Below are positions 26,765-37,686 of a DNA stretch of 64,000 nucleotides, piece after piece. The stretch lies in the NCBI GenBank assembly GCA_029838215.1, contig JALGVI010000017.1, positions 1 through 64,000 of the forward strand. Direction: 5' to 3'. Each line of letters starts with the position of its first letter. The first letter of the stretch is position 1. A program made the position numbers and the translations under genes. Under the pieces are notes generated by a model. It had not been told where the DNA came from and did not search any database. It was given only the letters and a program-made list of their open reading frames with translations. Origin of the DNA: Candidatus Helarchaeota archaeon (GTDB lineage: Archaea; Asgardarchaeota; Lokiarchaeia; Helarchaeales; RDOG01).

Positions 26765-28009
26765 ATGATTTTGTTACAGATTGAAAATCTGAATACGGTA
26801 AAAACTTGTAAGAATTGCTTGAATTCAGAATATCATGACACGCGAACTATGCGACACATAAAGATCGGTGAAGATGGGCTATGTGATTTATGCAAGCAAG
26901 ATCTTCTATATCGCTCCGAATTTTTCCAGTTGAGAAAAAGAGTGAGAGATGACCTGCCGCGAATTTTTGAAAAGGTAAAAAAAGAAAAACATGAATATGA
27001 TGCCATTTTGTGGTTAAGTGGTGGAAAAGATAGTTCTGTCGCGCTTATTCTAGCCAAAGAAAGATATAATCTTAATATTTTAGCATTCACTATCGATAGA
27101 GGGAATCTTTTTGCTCAAACAAGGAAGAATATCGATAATTTAACGAATCACTTAGGCGTGGACCACATTTATTTTAGAACCCCTCCAAAAATATTTCGAA
27201 ATCTATTAAAATTTGGGATTTCTACAATGTCGCGTATTGGAATATGTTGTACTGTCTGTGGAAGTCTCATGCACCGACCCATTACTTCCCGGCTTCTAAT
27301 GAATCACGACATCCCGCTGGTGATTACCGGTGTCGATTTATGGGAAATCTACGGAGCATTTCTCGATCAAAAATGGCGTGAGCAGAAAAATAAAAAACAG
27401 AATGAATATAATCAATTTTTTCAGTATCTGCCACAATTTAACGAATTAGTAAATGATTACGAAGCAATTATCACGATGATTCTAAGAAAGTTACGGTTGC
27501 ATTCGAAGGATCCTGATCATTTTAAAACGTTGCGGGATGAATTTCTTCAAATAATTGAACCAATGAAACGCTGGTGGCTCAATGAAGAAGAGAAAAAGAA
27601 ATTTAAAGAAATTAATCAAAAAATTAAATACATTCCTTTAACTGCAATTGAAATTACAAAAAAAAGTGAACTTTTTAAATTATTGGACAAGTATGGGTGG
27701 AAATTACCAAAATTACCATCAGGAGAAATCATCGGAACTGACTGCCGAGCAGGAAACCTATTTAACGCAATTTCTAGTTTTAAATCTAAATCACAACTAT
27801 GGGCTTATAGAATAATTAGTGGAAACGTAACTAAACAAGAAGCCATCGAAGAAATAAAAAAGCCGGTCAATGTAGAGCTCTTAAAAGAAATTCTTGACTA
27901 TTTCGAAATCGAAAATCTTGAAAATCGTTTAAAACTTGGCTGGAACAGCCCGTATTACAGGGATCTTTTTAATTTAAAAGTGATAGAATCATTACAACGC
28001 AATGATTGA
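26765..28009 (+). CDS. PP-loop ATPase, N-acetyl sugar amidotransferase-like
   Basis: N-terminal CKNC...GLCDLC, YDAILWLSGGKDSS, CCTVC, TDC. Confidence 0.72.
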   Translation: MILLQIENLNTVKTCKNCLNSEYHDTRTMRHIKIGEDGLCDLCKQDLLYRSEFFQLRKRVRDDLPRIFEKVKKEKHEYDAILWLSGGKDSSVALILAKERYNLNILAFTIDRGNLFAQTRKNIDNLTNHLGVDHIYFRTPPKIFRNLLKFGISTMSRIGICCTVCGSLMHRPITSRLLMNHDIPLVITGVDLWEIYGAFLDQKWREQKNKKQNEYNQFFQYLPQFNELVNDYEAIITMILRKLRLHSKDPDHFKTLRDEFLQIIEPMKRWWLNEEEKKKFKEINQKIKYIPLTAIEITKKSELFKLLDKYGWKLPKLPSGEIIGTDCRAGNLFNAISSFKSKSQLWAYRIISGNVTKQEAIEEIKKPVNVELLKEILDYFEIENLENRLKLGWNSPYYRDLFNLKVIESLQRND

Positions 28010-28107
28010 AAAATAGCAATAACTCTAAGAATTTGAATGAATTTTAAGTAATGATGTTATTTTCCGGAATATTTCTTTGAATTGCGTAATTCTGGGTGAT
28101 CTTTTTA

Positions 28108-29058
28108 TTAAATTTTTTTCAACACTTTAGCAATATCTTCAGGCGAAGTTGAATTTACAAATACACCACTTCCCAGCTCACAACCTCCCAAGTACTTCAT
28201 CTTACCTTCGCCTCTATTCATCACGTAAATTTCAATATGAAAATGATAGAATGGATATTTTGTGTCATCACAGGGTGATTGATGAAGGATCATTTCGTAT
28301 GCTAACTCTTCCTCAAATAATTTTTCATATTTCTTGAGAATTCCCCTCAATATTTTTGCAAGTGAACTTTTCATGTTTGATGTAAATTCCAGCAAACTTT
28401 GGACGTGTTTTTTAGGATAAATAAACGTTCCATATGGCCATGTTGCAAAAAACGGAATAAAACAAACAAAATCTTCATTTTCTAAAATAATTCTTGAACC
28501 TTCTTTCTTTTCTGATTTGAGATGGTCACAAAACAAGCATGACTTTTTTTCAGAGTAATATTCTTTAGAATTTTGCAGTTCACGCCCAATCTTAGGTGGA
28601 ATAAACGGGAATGCATATATTTGCCCGTGTGGGTGGTCTAAACTAACACCAATAAAGCGACCTCTATTTTCAAAGATTAATACGTATAAGATTTCATCTC
28701 TGGTGCTTAAAGCTTTAAACCTTTGAATCCAAATCTCAATAATTTCTTCGATTTGGTCATGATCTAATGCGGCTAGATGTTTTTCATGAGATGGAGAGTA
28801 TATAATCACTTCACATTGTCCGATTCCAGGTTTAATTTTGAGTAAGGGATCAGTAATACTTACATTTGAATCAGGAATTCCCAAAGCTGGAAATTTATTA
28901 GGCAATACAAGGACCTTCCATTCTCCTTTTATCTTTATCTCTGGGGAACCCACGCAAAACGGACATGATTGCTTTTCTGGTAGATTTGGTCGTTTCATTC
29001 GACGTGGATTTATAATCACCCACTCTTTTAAAAAAGGATTCCACCTTAATTGACTCAT
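28108..29058 (-). CDS. galT: Galactose-1-phosphate uridylyltransferase
   Basis: Motifs LRWNP..EWV, CPFC, NKFPAL, FENRG..IGVSLDHPHGQ, HFHIE. Confidence 0.95.
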   Translation of the reverse strand: MSQLRWNPFLKEWVIINPRRMKRPNLPEKQSCPFCVGSPEIKIKGEWKVLVLPNKFPALGIPDSNVSITDPLLKIKPGIGQCEVIIYSPSHEKHLAALDHDQIEEIIEIWIQRFKALSTRDEILYVLIFENRGRFIGVSLDHPHGQIYAFPFIPPKIGRELQNSKEYYSEKKSCLFCDHLKSEKKEGSRIILENEDFVCFIPFFATWPYGTFIYPKKHVQSLLEFTSNMKSSLAKILRGILKKYEKLFEEELAYEMILHQSPCDDTKYPFYHFHIEIYVMNRGEGKMKYLGGCELGSGVFVNSTSPEDIAKVLKKI

Positions 29059-29084
29059 TTATTATCACGATTTAAGAGATTTGT

Positions 29085-30398
29085 TTAAAGAAACGATTGA
29101 AAAAAATCTAAAATACGCGAAAAATCGACAATATTAATTGCAGATATTCCTAAAATTGGAAAATTAAAGAATTTTGAAATAGCTTCAGGTGAAGATGCTC
29201 CCGGTTCATCTTGTTTATTAGCAAGGATGCAAAACTTAATTGTTTCGACCTCTGTCTCAAGATTCTTATATACTTGTAGAACTTGCATGATGTCTTTTAA
29301 TTTAGAATCGGTTACAAATGCTATTATTACCGGTTTAAATTCGAGGATTTCATCCATTGAAACCGAATCTAAATCTTTCACACTAAATCTTATTGAAGAA
29401 TCTCCCGTTAAGTGAAGCTTTGGTGGATCATCATAATTAATGAATTTATCCTCTCCTTTATTCACTAATAAATTTAGAACCGTTTTTTTACCTACTCCTT
29501 TATTACCTAAAAGCATGACTCTCAATTCCTTTTCTTCAAATAAGGAACGTAAATTTGAAAGGAGAGAATGATATGCATCTTCAATTATACCAAAAATCTT
29601 GGATTTATTGGATAATTCAGCAGAAAGTTGATTGTAATATTCTTGTAGATAAGTGAAAATTTGTTGTTCTAAATTATTTTTAACGTTTCTTTCTTTTTCT
29701 AATCTTTCAAAGGATATTTTTATTTCATCATTTAAAATATCAATCTTGGACGATAATGATTCTATTTCTGCCCTGTAATTTTTCACTTCTTCTTCCAAAT
29801 TCTTGATCTTTTCTTTTTGAGTTTCGATAAGTTTTTCATAAAGAGCCATCCCCCGATCTTTTTCATCTAGCTTTTCTTGGATTTCCTTCATCGTTGTTTC
29901 AGGAACTGGAATGTCTTCATCTTCAAAGATAGCATCAAGTTCTTCTTGGGATATTGGAACGTTTCCAAGACTTAAGTCCATAAAAATTTTTGGCAAAACT
30001 TCCATATAATCCGTCCCGATTAAATCTAGTACGTCAGAAATTCTAAGCGTCCGATTTTGATACTCTTGTGGGTTGAACTTGTGAATTTTTTCCAAGATCA
30101 AGCGGGATGCAACGGGTAGCATTTTTGAATAATCGCCACTTTCTTCTTTTTTCAATATTAAGGAAATGACAAAATTTGGAGCAATGTAATACCGATGTGT
30201 GGCCATTCCCGAGAAAAAACTTGCAATTTTATAAGATTTCGTGTTTAACGTGATAAAATTGGGTTTTAAATTACGCATTCGATGAAGTGAACCAATTTGC
30301 ATTACTTCTTCGTCAGAAAGAGTAAAATCTGGAAATGTCTTTATTAAAAAAAATCCTTCTTTATTGGTCCATCCTATAAGAGCAACGCCTACTGGCAA
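29085..30398 (-). CDS. Longin/uDENN-like, coiled-coil and degenerate Arf-like GTPase fusion
   Basis: N-terminal GVALIGWTNKEG...FP; about 110-aa coiled coil; GNKGVGKK, ANKQD, ISA; G3 reads DLDS. Confidence 0.65.
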   Translation of the reverse strand: MPVGVALIGWTNKEGFFLIKTFPDFTLSDEEVMQIGSLHRMRNLKPNFITLNTKSYKIASFFSGMATHRYYIAPNFVISLILKKEESGDYSKMLPVASRLILEKIHKFNPQEYQNRTLRISDVLDLIGTDYMEVLPKIFMDLSLGNVPISQEELDAIFEDEDIPVPETTMKEIQEKLDEKDRGMALYEKLIETQKEKIKNLEEEVKNYRAEIESLSSKIDILNDEIKISFERLEKERNVKNNLEQQIFTYLQEYYNQLSAELSNKSKIFGIIEDAYHSLLSNLRSLFEEKELRVMLLGNKGVGKKTVLNLLVNKGEDKFINYDDPPKLHLTGDSSIRFSVKDLDSVSMDEILEFKPVIIAFVTDSKLKDIMQVLQVYKNLETEVETIKFCILANKQDEPGASSPEAISKFFNFPILGISAINIVDFSRILDFFQSFL

Positions 30399-30578
30399 GA
30401 ATCACACCTCTTCGCAATTTTTTTCTTTGGAATTTTGTTTTAATCACTAATTCATAGAATAACCTATTTTCATTATTTTCCATACATGAATTTCAAGTTT
30501 TTAAGATTAACTTGATTTATATAAAGAAGATCTATTTTTTACACATTTCTATACTAAAGTGATCTTAGATTAAAAATA

Positions 30579-30672
30579 TGGTAGCGGGAGTAGGATTTGA
30601 ACCTACCATCTCAGGGTTTCCCAGTTTTTACTTATGAGCCCTGCGGGATCATCCTGGCTACCCCATCCCGCT
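30579..30672 (-). tRNA. Initiator tRNA-Met(CAT) with 15-nt intron at 37/38 (30618-30632), CCA encoded
   Basis: A1:U72 pair, GGG/CCC anticodon stem, loop CTCATA|A; canonical BHB (CTCA/TGGG helix, 3-nt bulges). Confidence 0.95.
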
Positions 30673-30890
30673 AAGGATATTGTAGTTTCGCAAGTATGTA
30701 ACTCACGATCATTGAAGACCTTTGTCTATAATTACATAAAAATTCCTTTTAAAATTTTTATTCTAACAATTTTACTTGAAAGAAACCTCGGAGTATATAT
30801 AGAATAATGCGAAAAACAATAAGGACCTCTTAGAGAGATAACACATTGGTCATTAGCAGTAAGTTACAATGTTTATAAAGAATATTAAAG

Positions 30891-32444
30891 ATGGTGATGT
30901 TCCCCGTGAGTAAAATTGATTTTTTAATGGTTCTACCTCCCGCAAAACCTTTTCCTAGACCACTAGATCTTACTTATCCTTTTTATGAAAAAATTGAATA
31001 CCAAAAGAAATTAAATATCTTACCGCTTCAAGCGGGAGCACTTCGGATAACGACAATTCTAAACAGCGAGGGATATGGAGTAGCTTATCACGATTTCTGT
31101 CATTTTTCAGGTGCAAGTACGTTACGTGAAACGGTAAAAAGTCTAATTAAAAAATATGACCCTGCCATTATCGGAGGATATTCCTATACGGCACTAATGA
31201 GTGGTCTTCGGCGAATTTTTACTCTTGCAAAAGAAATTAATCCTAACATTATCACAATTGCAGGTGGACCGCACGTAACATTTTTAGATTCCGAGAGTCT
31301 AATCGAATTTTCAGGAAATTTGGATATAGTAGTTCGTGGAGAAGGAGAAAAAACGATAGTTGAGCTCCTTCCATTATTAAAATCAGAAAAATCGATAGAT
31401 GGAGTAAGAGGAATTACGTATTACAAAAACTTGAGCATAAAAAGAAACAATGCTCGTAACCTGATGTCGAATGATGAATTATCTTCACTTCCATTACTTG
31501 ATTTGAGTGCAATTCCTAAAAAAGAATTGAATAGACCCATTTATTTTGCTATGAGCGTTTCTCGTGGTTGTCCTTATCAGTGTACGTTTTGTATTAACCC
31601 ACGATTCTGGAACGGTCAGTTGCGCTTTCGACCCGTTGATCACGTCCTTGAAGAAGTTAAAATGCTTGAAGCTCATCATGATGTTTTAATGGATTTTGGC
31701 GATACTAATTTACCAATTAAATTGAATATTTTCGAAGATTTAGTGAAGAAATTTAATAAAGAACAATTTCGAAGAGTTAAAATTGGAATGGTCCTGATTA
31801 GATCAAATTTATGTGATGATGTGCGCCTGAGTTTAACTAATAACCTAATAAAAGATCAATATAATGCCTATGTAACAATTGGAATTGAGAATTCCCATGA
31901 ATCCATATTGAAGTTAATGCACAAACCGTCTTGGGATATTCAACTTTCTGCATTGAAAAAGATTCATCAGAAAAGAATGCGAAATGTTCCTTCGTGGATG
32001 GTGGGATTTCCTGGAGAAGATTTGGAGACAATGACTCACAATTTTAGGACACTGAATTCCTTGCATGATGATAATATTTTGGATTCTGCCATCGTTTTTA
32101 TTTATGTTCCAATCCCTGGATCACCCCCTTTTAACAATCCTGAAAAATATGGAATAAAAATATTGTCTCGAGATTGGGATTTATTCGATAGAGCAATTTA
32201 TCCTCCCCCGTATCACTTATTTAACCCTAAAACAGGAAAAATCACTCTTACGAATAAACAAATTTGGAGTTATTATATCACAATGCTTGAAATTATCAGA
32301 AGAAAAAGAGTAGAAGATGGTGAAGAAATTAAAATATTGGAATACTTGAAACTAATAGAAGAAAAACCTCAATACATTAACTTTAATCCTGTTGATGGTG
32401 ATGTCAATTTCTATGAAGATTTTCCTACTCATTTAGAGTATTAA
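30891..32444 (+). CDS. Cobalamin-binding radical SAM protein (class B methyltransferase-like)
   Basis: IAGGPHVT, VVRGEGE, SRGCPYQCTFC, IGIEN, MVGFPGE. Confidence 0.88.
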   Translation: MVMFPVSKIDFLMVLPPAKPFPRPLDLTYPFYEKIEYQKKLNILPLQAGALRITTILNSEGYGVAYHDFCHFSGASTLRETVKSLIKKYDPAIIGGYSYTALMSGLRRIFTLAKEINPNIITIAGGPHVTFLDSESLIEFSGNLDIVVRGEGEKTIVELLPLLKSEKSIDGVRGITYYKNLSIKRNNARNLMSNDELSSLPLLDLSAIPKKELNRPIYFAMSVSRGCPYQCTFCINPRFWNGQLRFRPVDHVLEEVKMLEAHHDVLMDFGDTNLPIKLNIFEDLVKKFNKEQFRRVKIGMVLIRSNLCDDVRLSLTNNLIKDQYNAYVTIGIENSHESILKLMHKPSWDIQLSALKKIHQKRMRNVPSWMVGFPGEDLETMTHNFRTLNSLHDDNILDSAIVFIYVPIPGSPPFNNPEKYGIKILSRDWDLFDRAIYPPPYHLFNPKTGKITLTNKQIWSYYITMLEIIRRKRVEDGEEIKILEYLKLIEEKPQYINFNPVDGDVNFYEDFPTHLEY

Positions 32445-32542
32445 ATCTCTTTCGGAAATTAATGATTCTTTACGGAAAAATTAAATGGAACTTATCAGAA
32501 TTGATGGATATTTATAATTTCTTAATAATGTCTTGATTGTAA

Positions 32543-33994
32543 TCATATTCGTATTTGAAATTTATCAATACCTTCTCTGATGAATATTCTTTTCTCTTCA
32601 TCAATATTTCCATCTATTTTTCCTTCAGCTAGTAGTGTTATGAAAGTCTTAATGATATCCTGTACGGATTTGTTGAAAAATTCAGCAAGTTCATCAAAGT
32701 ACAAGATTCCATCTTCGCTCTTTTCAACGAAATTTATAATTAATTTGTGCATGCGGGAACTATAAGTTTTTGGTATTGGTTTAAGAAACACGTGAATTGG
32801 CGGAGGGACGATTTGTATCTTTTCGAAGGTTGGGTATATTGTTTTATTCATTTCGATCAAAGATGTACTTAAATAATCCGTAGCCTTCAACACGAGAAGG
32901 GGGAATTTTTCAATAGTGCCTAACTTCGAAGCGCCTCTCCAACTATTGTAACTGGATGGATTAGTTATTTTTCTTACTCTAATTTTTATTGAAGGGGAAA
33001 CTAGCAAGGAAAGCTCTGCAGTTAGTCTTTTGTCAATGTTATTAATGTCGACAGAGCCGCCAGATAAAAAAATATTGTTAAAAAATATGTTTCTTAATGA
33101 AGGTTCCACTTCATCAATACAGCGTATAATTAATTGAGGAAGCGATTCATCTTTTCCAACCAGTTCGGGTTGGAAGAGTACTTCTGGTGCTAAAAAACGT
33201 TCCGTTTCGACGTGAATCAAAGATCGATCAGGTAAAAGATAGTCTATCTTTTTATTATAAAATTCTTTCGAGAAGATATAATGATCTTCCACATCTTTAG
33301 AGTGGGGATTACTTTCACACAAATTATGTTTAATGTCTTGAATTATTAGATTAGGAGAAACTCCTGCAATTGGCTCGCTTAAACTCTTGAACTTGCTTCC
33401 TATGAGCTGTTTTAGATGATCTGAAATGTATTTTCCTCCAAACATTGTATTTTGCGCTTTAAGGGCATGTCCCTTCAAGACAGGTAAGATTTGAATTTGT
33501 TTATGACCTATTTCTACAATTAACCCTGTAATTTGTTGATCATTAGACAGCAAAGCAGCATATGGTTGAGAAACGAGACATAAGCCTAGAACATTCAAGT
33601 TTTTAAAGAAATAATCCATAAAAAATGTTAAATATTCTTCAGATGCTAAAATTGGATATAAAAGAATAACGTATCCATTAAAGGGTCTTTTAATATTTAA
33701 CGAGTATAAAGTATGTTCTAAGAACTTTTCTAGAAGATCTGGATTAGATAAAAGAGGACCATTTATCGGTTGTTTCAGGTTTAGTCCCAGATTTCGATCA
33801 ATTGCTTCAAAACCAAAATATATATCTTTAGAAATATCTATTGATAAATTATTCAAGACTGATTCAATCATTTTAATTTGAAGAGCTGTTTTTCTTGTCC
33901 CTATTATTGTTGGAATTACAAGTCTTGGTTCATCTTCACCTGCAAAACCAATTTTAGATGTATGAGATCCTATTTCAACCACTAAAACCTTCAT
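32543..33994 (-). CDS. Divergent actin-family protein with C-terminal PCI/winged-helix domain
   Basis: VVEIGSHTSKIGFAGEDEPR, IVEIGH..QILPV, GG, Y.LPD, ERFLAPEVLFQP, NIFLSGG, SWRGAS; C-terminal LAEFF..S...I..LL.EGKI.G.ID. Confidence 0.85.
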   Translation of the reverse strand: MKVLVVEIGSHTSKIGFAGEDEPRLVIPTIIGTRKTALQIKMIESVLNNLSIDISKDIYFGFEAIDRNLGLNLKQPINGPLLSNPDLLEKFLEHTLYSLNIKRPFNGYVILLYPILASEEYLTFFMDYFFKNLNVLGLCLVSQPYAALLSNDQQITGLIVEIGHKQIQILPVLKGHALKAQNTMFGGKYISDHLKQLIGSKFKSLSEPIAGVSPNLIIQDIKHNLCESNPHSKDVEDHYIFSKEFYNKKIDYLLPDRSLIHVETERFLAPEVLFQPELVGKDESLPQLIIRCIDEVEPSLRNIFFNNIFLSGGSVDINNIDKRLTAELSLLVSPSIKIRVRKITNPSSYNSWRGASKLGTIEKFPLLVLKATDYLSTSLIEMNKTIYPTFEKIQIVPPPIHVFLKPIPKTYSSRMHKLIINFVEKSEDGILYFDELAEFFNKSVQDIIKTFITLLAEGKIDGNIDEEKRIFIREGIDKFQIRI

Positions 33995-34162
33995 AACGAA
34001 TAAAATCTAACCAATTAAAATAAAGTTTATCACTTTAAGCATTCATACTTACGGATTTAAACGAAGAGATAAGAACGAGCGATATTTTATTACTTAATTC
34101 AAGAAATCGTCAAGATCGAAAAATTTTTAGAATGAAAAATATGAAATTGAAAAAAAAAGAAA

Positions 34163-34843
34163 TTAGTATGGTGCTTTTTTGAGAAAGCCATACAGAAACA
34201 ATGAATATCCTATTATTTCAACCAGCACACCAATGAAACTGAAACTTGTATAAATGTCGACGTAAATGGTTCCAATTTTCGAACATATTGCATGAACAAA
34301 ATAGCTAGACATTGCAACGACTGCTCCCATCCCTACAAATAGAGGATGAATGTTAGATAAACGTTGCTGATGATAAGCAAAGATAAATGTTATTGCTAAT
34401 AATGCAAAGGTTGGAATCCCTAGTAAAAACATTGTTATTACTACCAGTTCGTAGTCAATGAGAATGATGATAGTAAACAACCCAATAACAATGCTGCAAT
34501 AAAGTAATATGCCAATATTTCGGATTTTTGGTTTATTTTCAAACCAAATATCTAACATTGTTATAAATAATAGAATTAAAACAGTGCTAATTATGATAAA
34601 TTGAACAAAAATCATAATTTGACTGGCAATCGTTGCATAAGGTACAAGTCCCGTGACCCAAAGAATATCAAACACGTGTTGAACTGATTGGCCAATAAAT
34701 GCAAGTCCCAGTAGGAAGGGGATGTCTGAAATATAGCGTTTTTCACTTTCTTTCCACTGATAAAAGAGCACGCTCGCTAGAGCAACATATACGGCTTCTT
34801 TCGTGAACATGGTTGTAATTAAAAAGATATACTCAACAATCAT
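34163..34843 (-). CDS. Polytopic membrane protein (6-7 TM)
   Basis: Six to seven hydrophobic segments with short loops. Confidence 0.7.
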   Translation of the reverse strand: MIVEYIFLITTMFTKEAVYVALASVLFYQWKESEKRYISDIPFLLGLAFIGQSVQHVFDILWVTGLVPYATIASQIMIFVQFIIISTVLILLFITMLDIWFENKPKIRNIGILLYCSIVIGLFTIIILIDYELVVITMFLLGIPTFALLAITFIFAYHQQRLSNIHPLFVGMGAVVAMSSYFVHAICSKIGTIYVDIYTSFSFIGVLVEIIGYSLFLYGFLKKAPY

Positions 34844-35387
34844 TTTGAATCACCGAAAAAATATTTCACAATTTGGGTGGATTCATAAGAAATTACTTTT
34901 TTTTTGCGAAAAAAAATATAAAAACTAATCAAAAAATGAACTTGTAAAGAATTAGCAATTTATGATATTAATTTAACATTTTTAATCCAAATATTTCTAG
35001 GTCACGCATATTATTGAACATAGATAATATTTTCAATAAATAATAGGTGTCTAAAGTTAAATTCAACTTAGATACTTTAGTAAATTGATGATATATTCTG
35101 TCTATTTACAATATTTTTGTATGGAAAGGCCTAATTTGATAATTTCAACAATGCGATCTTCAAAGTCCATTATAGAGTGGAAACATTTCTATTCGTATAA
35201 CTTGAAGTATCCAACTCCGAATTGCGCATCCTGATGATGATAACTAAAAATCATTTAAAGAAATCATTTATGGGAGACACTTCACCAATTTTTAATAAAG
35301 AACCAAAAATGTTATTATATGAGTTACACATAGCTCCTTGAAGAATAAAAAAGATTCAATTCTTTTTCTTAACCTTGAGGACCTTAA

Positions 35388-35900
35388 ATGATTTCCCAAA
35401 TCGATTCTGAAGTTTTTTTAGGCGTTGTTCAAGAACTCGTTGGTGAAGAAGCCATAGCAATAGTAAAAATGCTAAATGAGAAATATGAAGCAACCGATGA
35501 GGAACTTTCAAATAAATTGGACGTGCGTCTAAATATCATCCGAAAAACTCTTTATAAACTCTATGATAATCATTTAGCTATTTTTCGACGAATTCGAGAT
35601 AAAAACACGGGCTGGTTTGTATATTTTTGGAAGCTAAAGCCAGAACGTATATCTGACCTTGTTCGAACTAAGAAGAAGATGGTTTTGCAAAAGCTCAAAG
35701 AACGTTTAGATTTTGAACGCGATCACGTATTTTATCAATGTGAAAACGGATGTCCGAGATTTATTTTTGAAGAAGCATTAGAAATCAGTTTTCAATGCCC
35801 AACATGCCACGCTCCATTGATAAATATTTCGAATACAGACATAATTTCAGTCCTTGAATCAAAAGTAAACATTTTAGAACAAGATCTTGAACAAAAATAG
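35388..35900 (+). CDS. tfe: Transcription factor E (alpha)
   Basis: TDEEL...IRKTLYKLY, GWFVYFW winged helix, CENGC...CPTC Zn ribbon. Confidence 0.95.
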   Translation: MISQIDSEVFLGVVQELVGEEAIAIVKMLNEKYEATDEELSNKLDVRLNIIRKTLYKLYDNHLAIFRRIRDKNTGWFVYFWKLKPERISDLVRTKKKMVLQKLKERLDFERDHVFYQCENGCPRFIFEEALEISFQCPTCHAPLINISNTDIISVLESKVNILEQDLEQK

Positions 35901-35937
35901 CGAATAATTAAATAAGATCTTTTTTTTTGATGATTTA

Positions 35938-36705
35938 ATGAAAACAATTAATATACTCCCCAAAATTTATTCGTTTCCTAAGCAAATAATCTATTCTGAG
36001 TTGAAAAATTACATAAATAGAGAATTTATTGATTTAGATTTAAATGTCAAAATTGATTTCATCTCAAAAGCTCAAATTAAAATTTCTCTTGAGGGTCCTG
36101 ATGAAGAAATCGCTCATAATTTTTTAAAGAAAAGCTTTGTAACCATTTCTTCACTAAATTCTATAAAAACTGGGCTGGTAAAAAGGGGTAGATGTATTAG
36201 TGTTGGTAAGCACGGATTTGGTCTCTTTGTGAATATTGGACTAATAGAACCGAAAAAAAAAGATGCTTTGCTTCCATTATTTGAATTAAGAACACAATTG
36301 CTTGATGATCAAGATTTTTCCTTGCGTTCTATTATAGACTTGTTTGGATTTATTGATGGATTTCCACTGGAAGTTGAAATTTCTGAGATTAATGAAAAAG
36401 ATCAAGTTTTTGTTCGGTTAACAAATAATCAAATTGATATTTTCAAGTCTTGGATAGAAAAAAGCCTTGATCGACTGTTCGTGTACGGAATAAACTCAAA
36501 AAATCTCTACAAAATCATTAGTCAAATTAATCAATTTGGAGACATTCACTCTGTTGATAGGTTAGGCTTGTTTGATTTTATTCTCATTCTAAAAGAAGAT
36601 ACCTCTGCTAAAGGAATGCTTCCAATTCTTGGAAAAAAAATACAAGCAAAAATGAATTTTTTTTCTCCTAAAATGATCTTGAAACGATTGGAAAAAATTT
36701 CTTAA
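35938..36705 (+). CDS. DUF2110 family protein
   Basis: GKHGFGLFVNIG, LLPLFEL, GFIDGFP.EV; the usual neighbour of tfe in archaea. Confidence 0.8.
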   Translation: MKTINILPKIYSFPKQIIYSELKNYINREFIDLDLNVKIDFISKAQIKISLEGPDEEIAHNFLKKSFVTISSLNSIKTGLVKRGRCISVGKHGFGLFVNIGLIEPKKKDALLPLFELRTQLLDDQDFSLRSIIDLFGFIDGFPLEVEISEINEKDQVFVRLTNNQIDIFKSWIEKSLDRLFVYGINSKNLYKIISQINQFGDIHSVDRLGLFDFILILKEDTSAKGMLPILGKKIQAKMNFFSPKMILKRLEKIS

Positions 36706-36772
36706 ATTTGCCAAAAATTAATGAGATTGATTTTTCTGTTTGATTAGCTTGACTTGGTAGAATTTTTTCCAT

Positions 36773-37333
36773 TCAATATGCTGGTCGGGCTGAAAAATCA
36801 ATGTTAATGTTAAATTCATTTTTATTCCATACCTTCTCTTCGTTTTCAGGCATAATTGTAAATTCATAACCAAAAAATTCGGTCCAAACTAACGGGAAAC
36901 AAAGAATAGTTTCCGCCAAAGTTCGGATCATTGCAATTTCTTCGTTTATTTCATCTATATCATTTTCTTTTAAAGCTTTTATAAAGAGAATGACTTCATC
37001 GTGATGGTAGGAATATCTTATATTCAAAATAATATCGACATTCGTTCCTCCGATGTCAAATTTAATTTTTAATTTTTTACTATTGAATGGAAAAACCTTG
37101 CATAACCAATCCGTTAAAAGACTTTTTCCGTATTTCTTGAAAAAAGCCGAAATATCTGAACCACTCTTTTTCATTTGCCATTTATTCCATGCCTTTTCAA
37201 AGTTAGATTTATATGATCGAATTTGAGAAACCCTGCTTTGAATTTCTGATTTAAAGAATTTTACCATATCAAAACGTTCAAATTTCGTTTTATTTGCGAG
37301 TTTGTTCACGAAATCCTTGAATTTAAAAAACAT
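36773..37333 (-). CDS. Hypothetical protein
   Basis: 186-aa ORF divergent from the roadblock operon; no motif recognised. Confidence 0.6.
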   Translation of the reverse strand: MFFKFKDFVNKLANKTKFERFDMVKFFKSEIQSRVSQIRSYKSNFEKAWNKWQMKKSGSDISAFFKKYGKSLLTDWLCKVFPFNSKKLKIKFDIGGTNVDIILNIRYSYHHDEVILFIKALKENDIDEINEEIAMIRTLAETILCFPLVWTEFFGYEFTIMPENEEKVWNKNEFNINIDFSARPAY

Positions 37334-37686
37334 AGATAATCGTTTCCGTTTTTTTTTCCTTAAATTTTATTTTGTTTTATTTGCTTAAAAAAAGTGATAG
37401 TTATCATAAAAGTCTGATAGGAGTAAGTATGATAAAAATAAAATGATAATTCTTTAAAAGAGTTTTACCTATCGATTGAAATTGCTCGAGTATTTATCAT
37501 AAATTATCTCATTGGATGTATCAAAAAGAAACAAAATCAAATTAATAGGGACATTTTCACATTTCTTTCTGAATTTACATTATTTGCTTTTTTCGCATTT
37601 ATTGTAGTTTAAATAGGGAAGGGTAAGAAACAATATAGATTTTAATTCTGGAAAATATTGCCATTTCCATTAAAAATCACTAAAAA

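Noticed and set aside
22493-32444. A contiguous RiPP cluster (peptide, PP-loop ATPase, B12 radical SAM)
   Set aside because: The genes are 4-8 kb apart and separated by unrelated housekeeping genes and a tRNA; mentioned only as a possibility.
35100-35260. Weak long hairpin (ATGCG/CGCAT, CTTCAA/TTGAAG) and a minus-strand frame with an internal TAG (MIFSYHHQD...E*KCFH...)
   Set aside because: Helices are short with a very asymmetric internal loop, there is no canonical BHB and no recognisable protein; compatible with chance.
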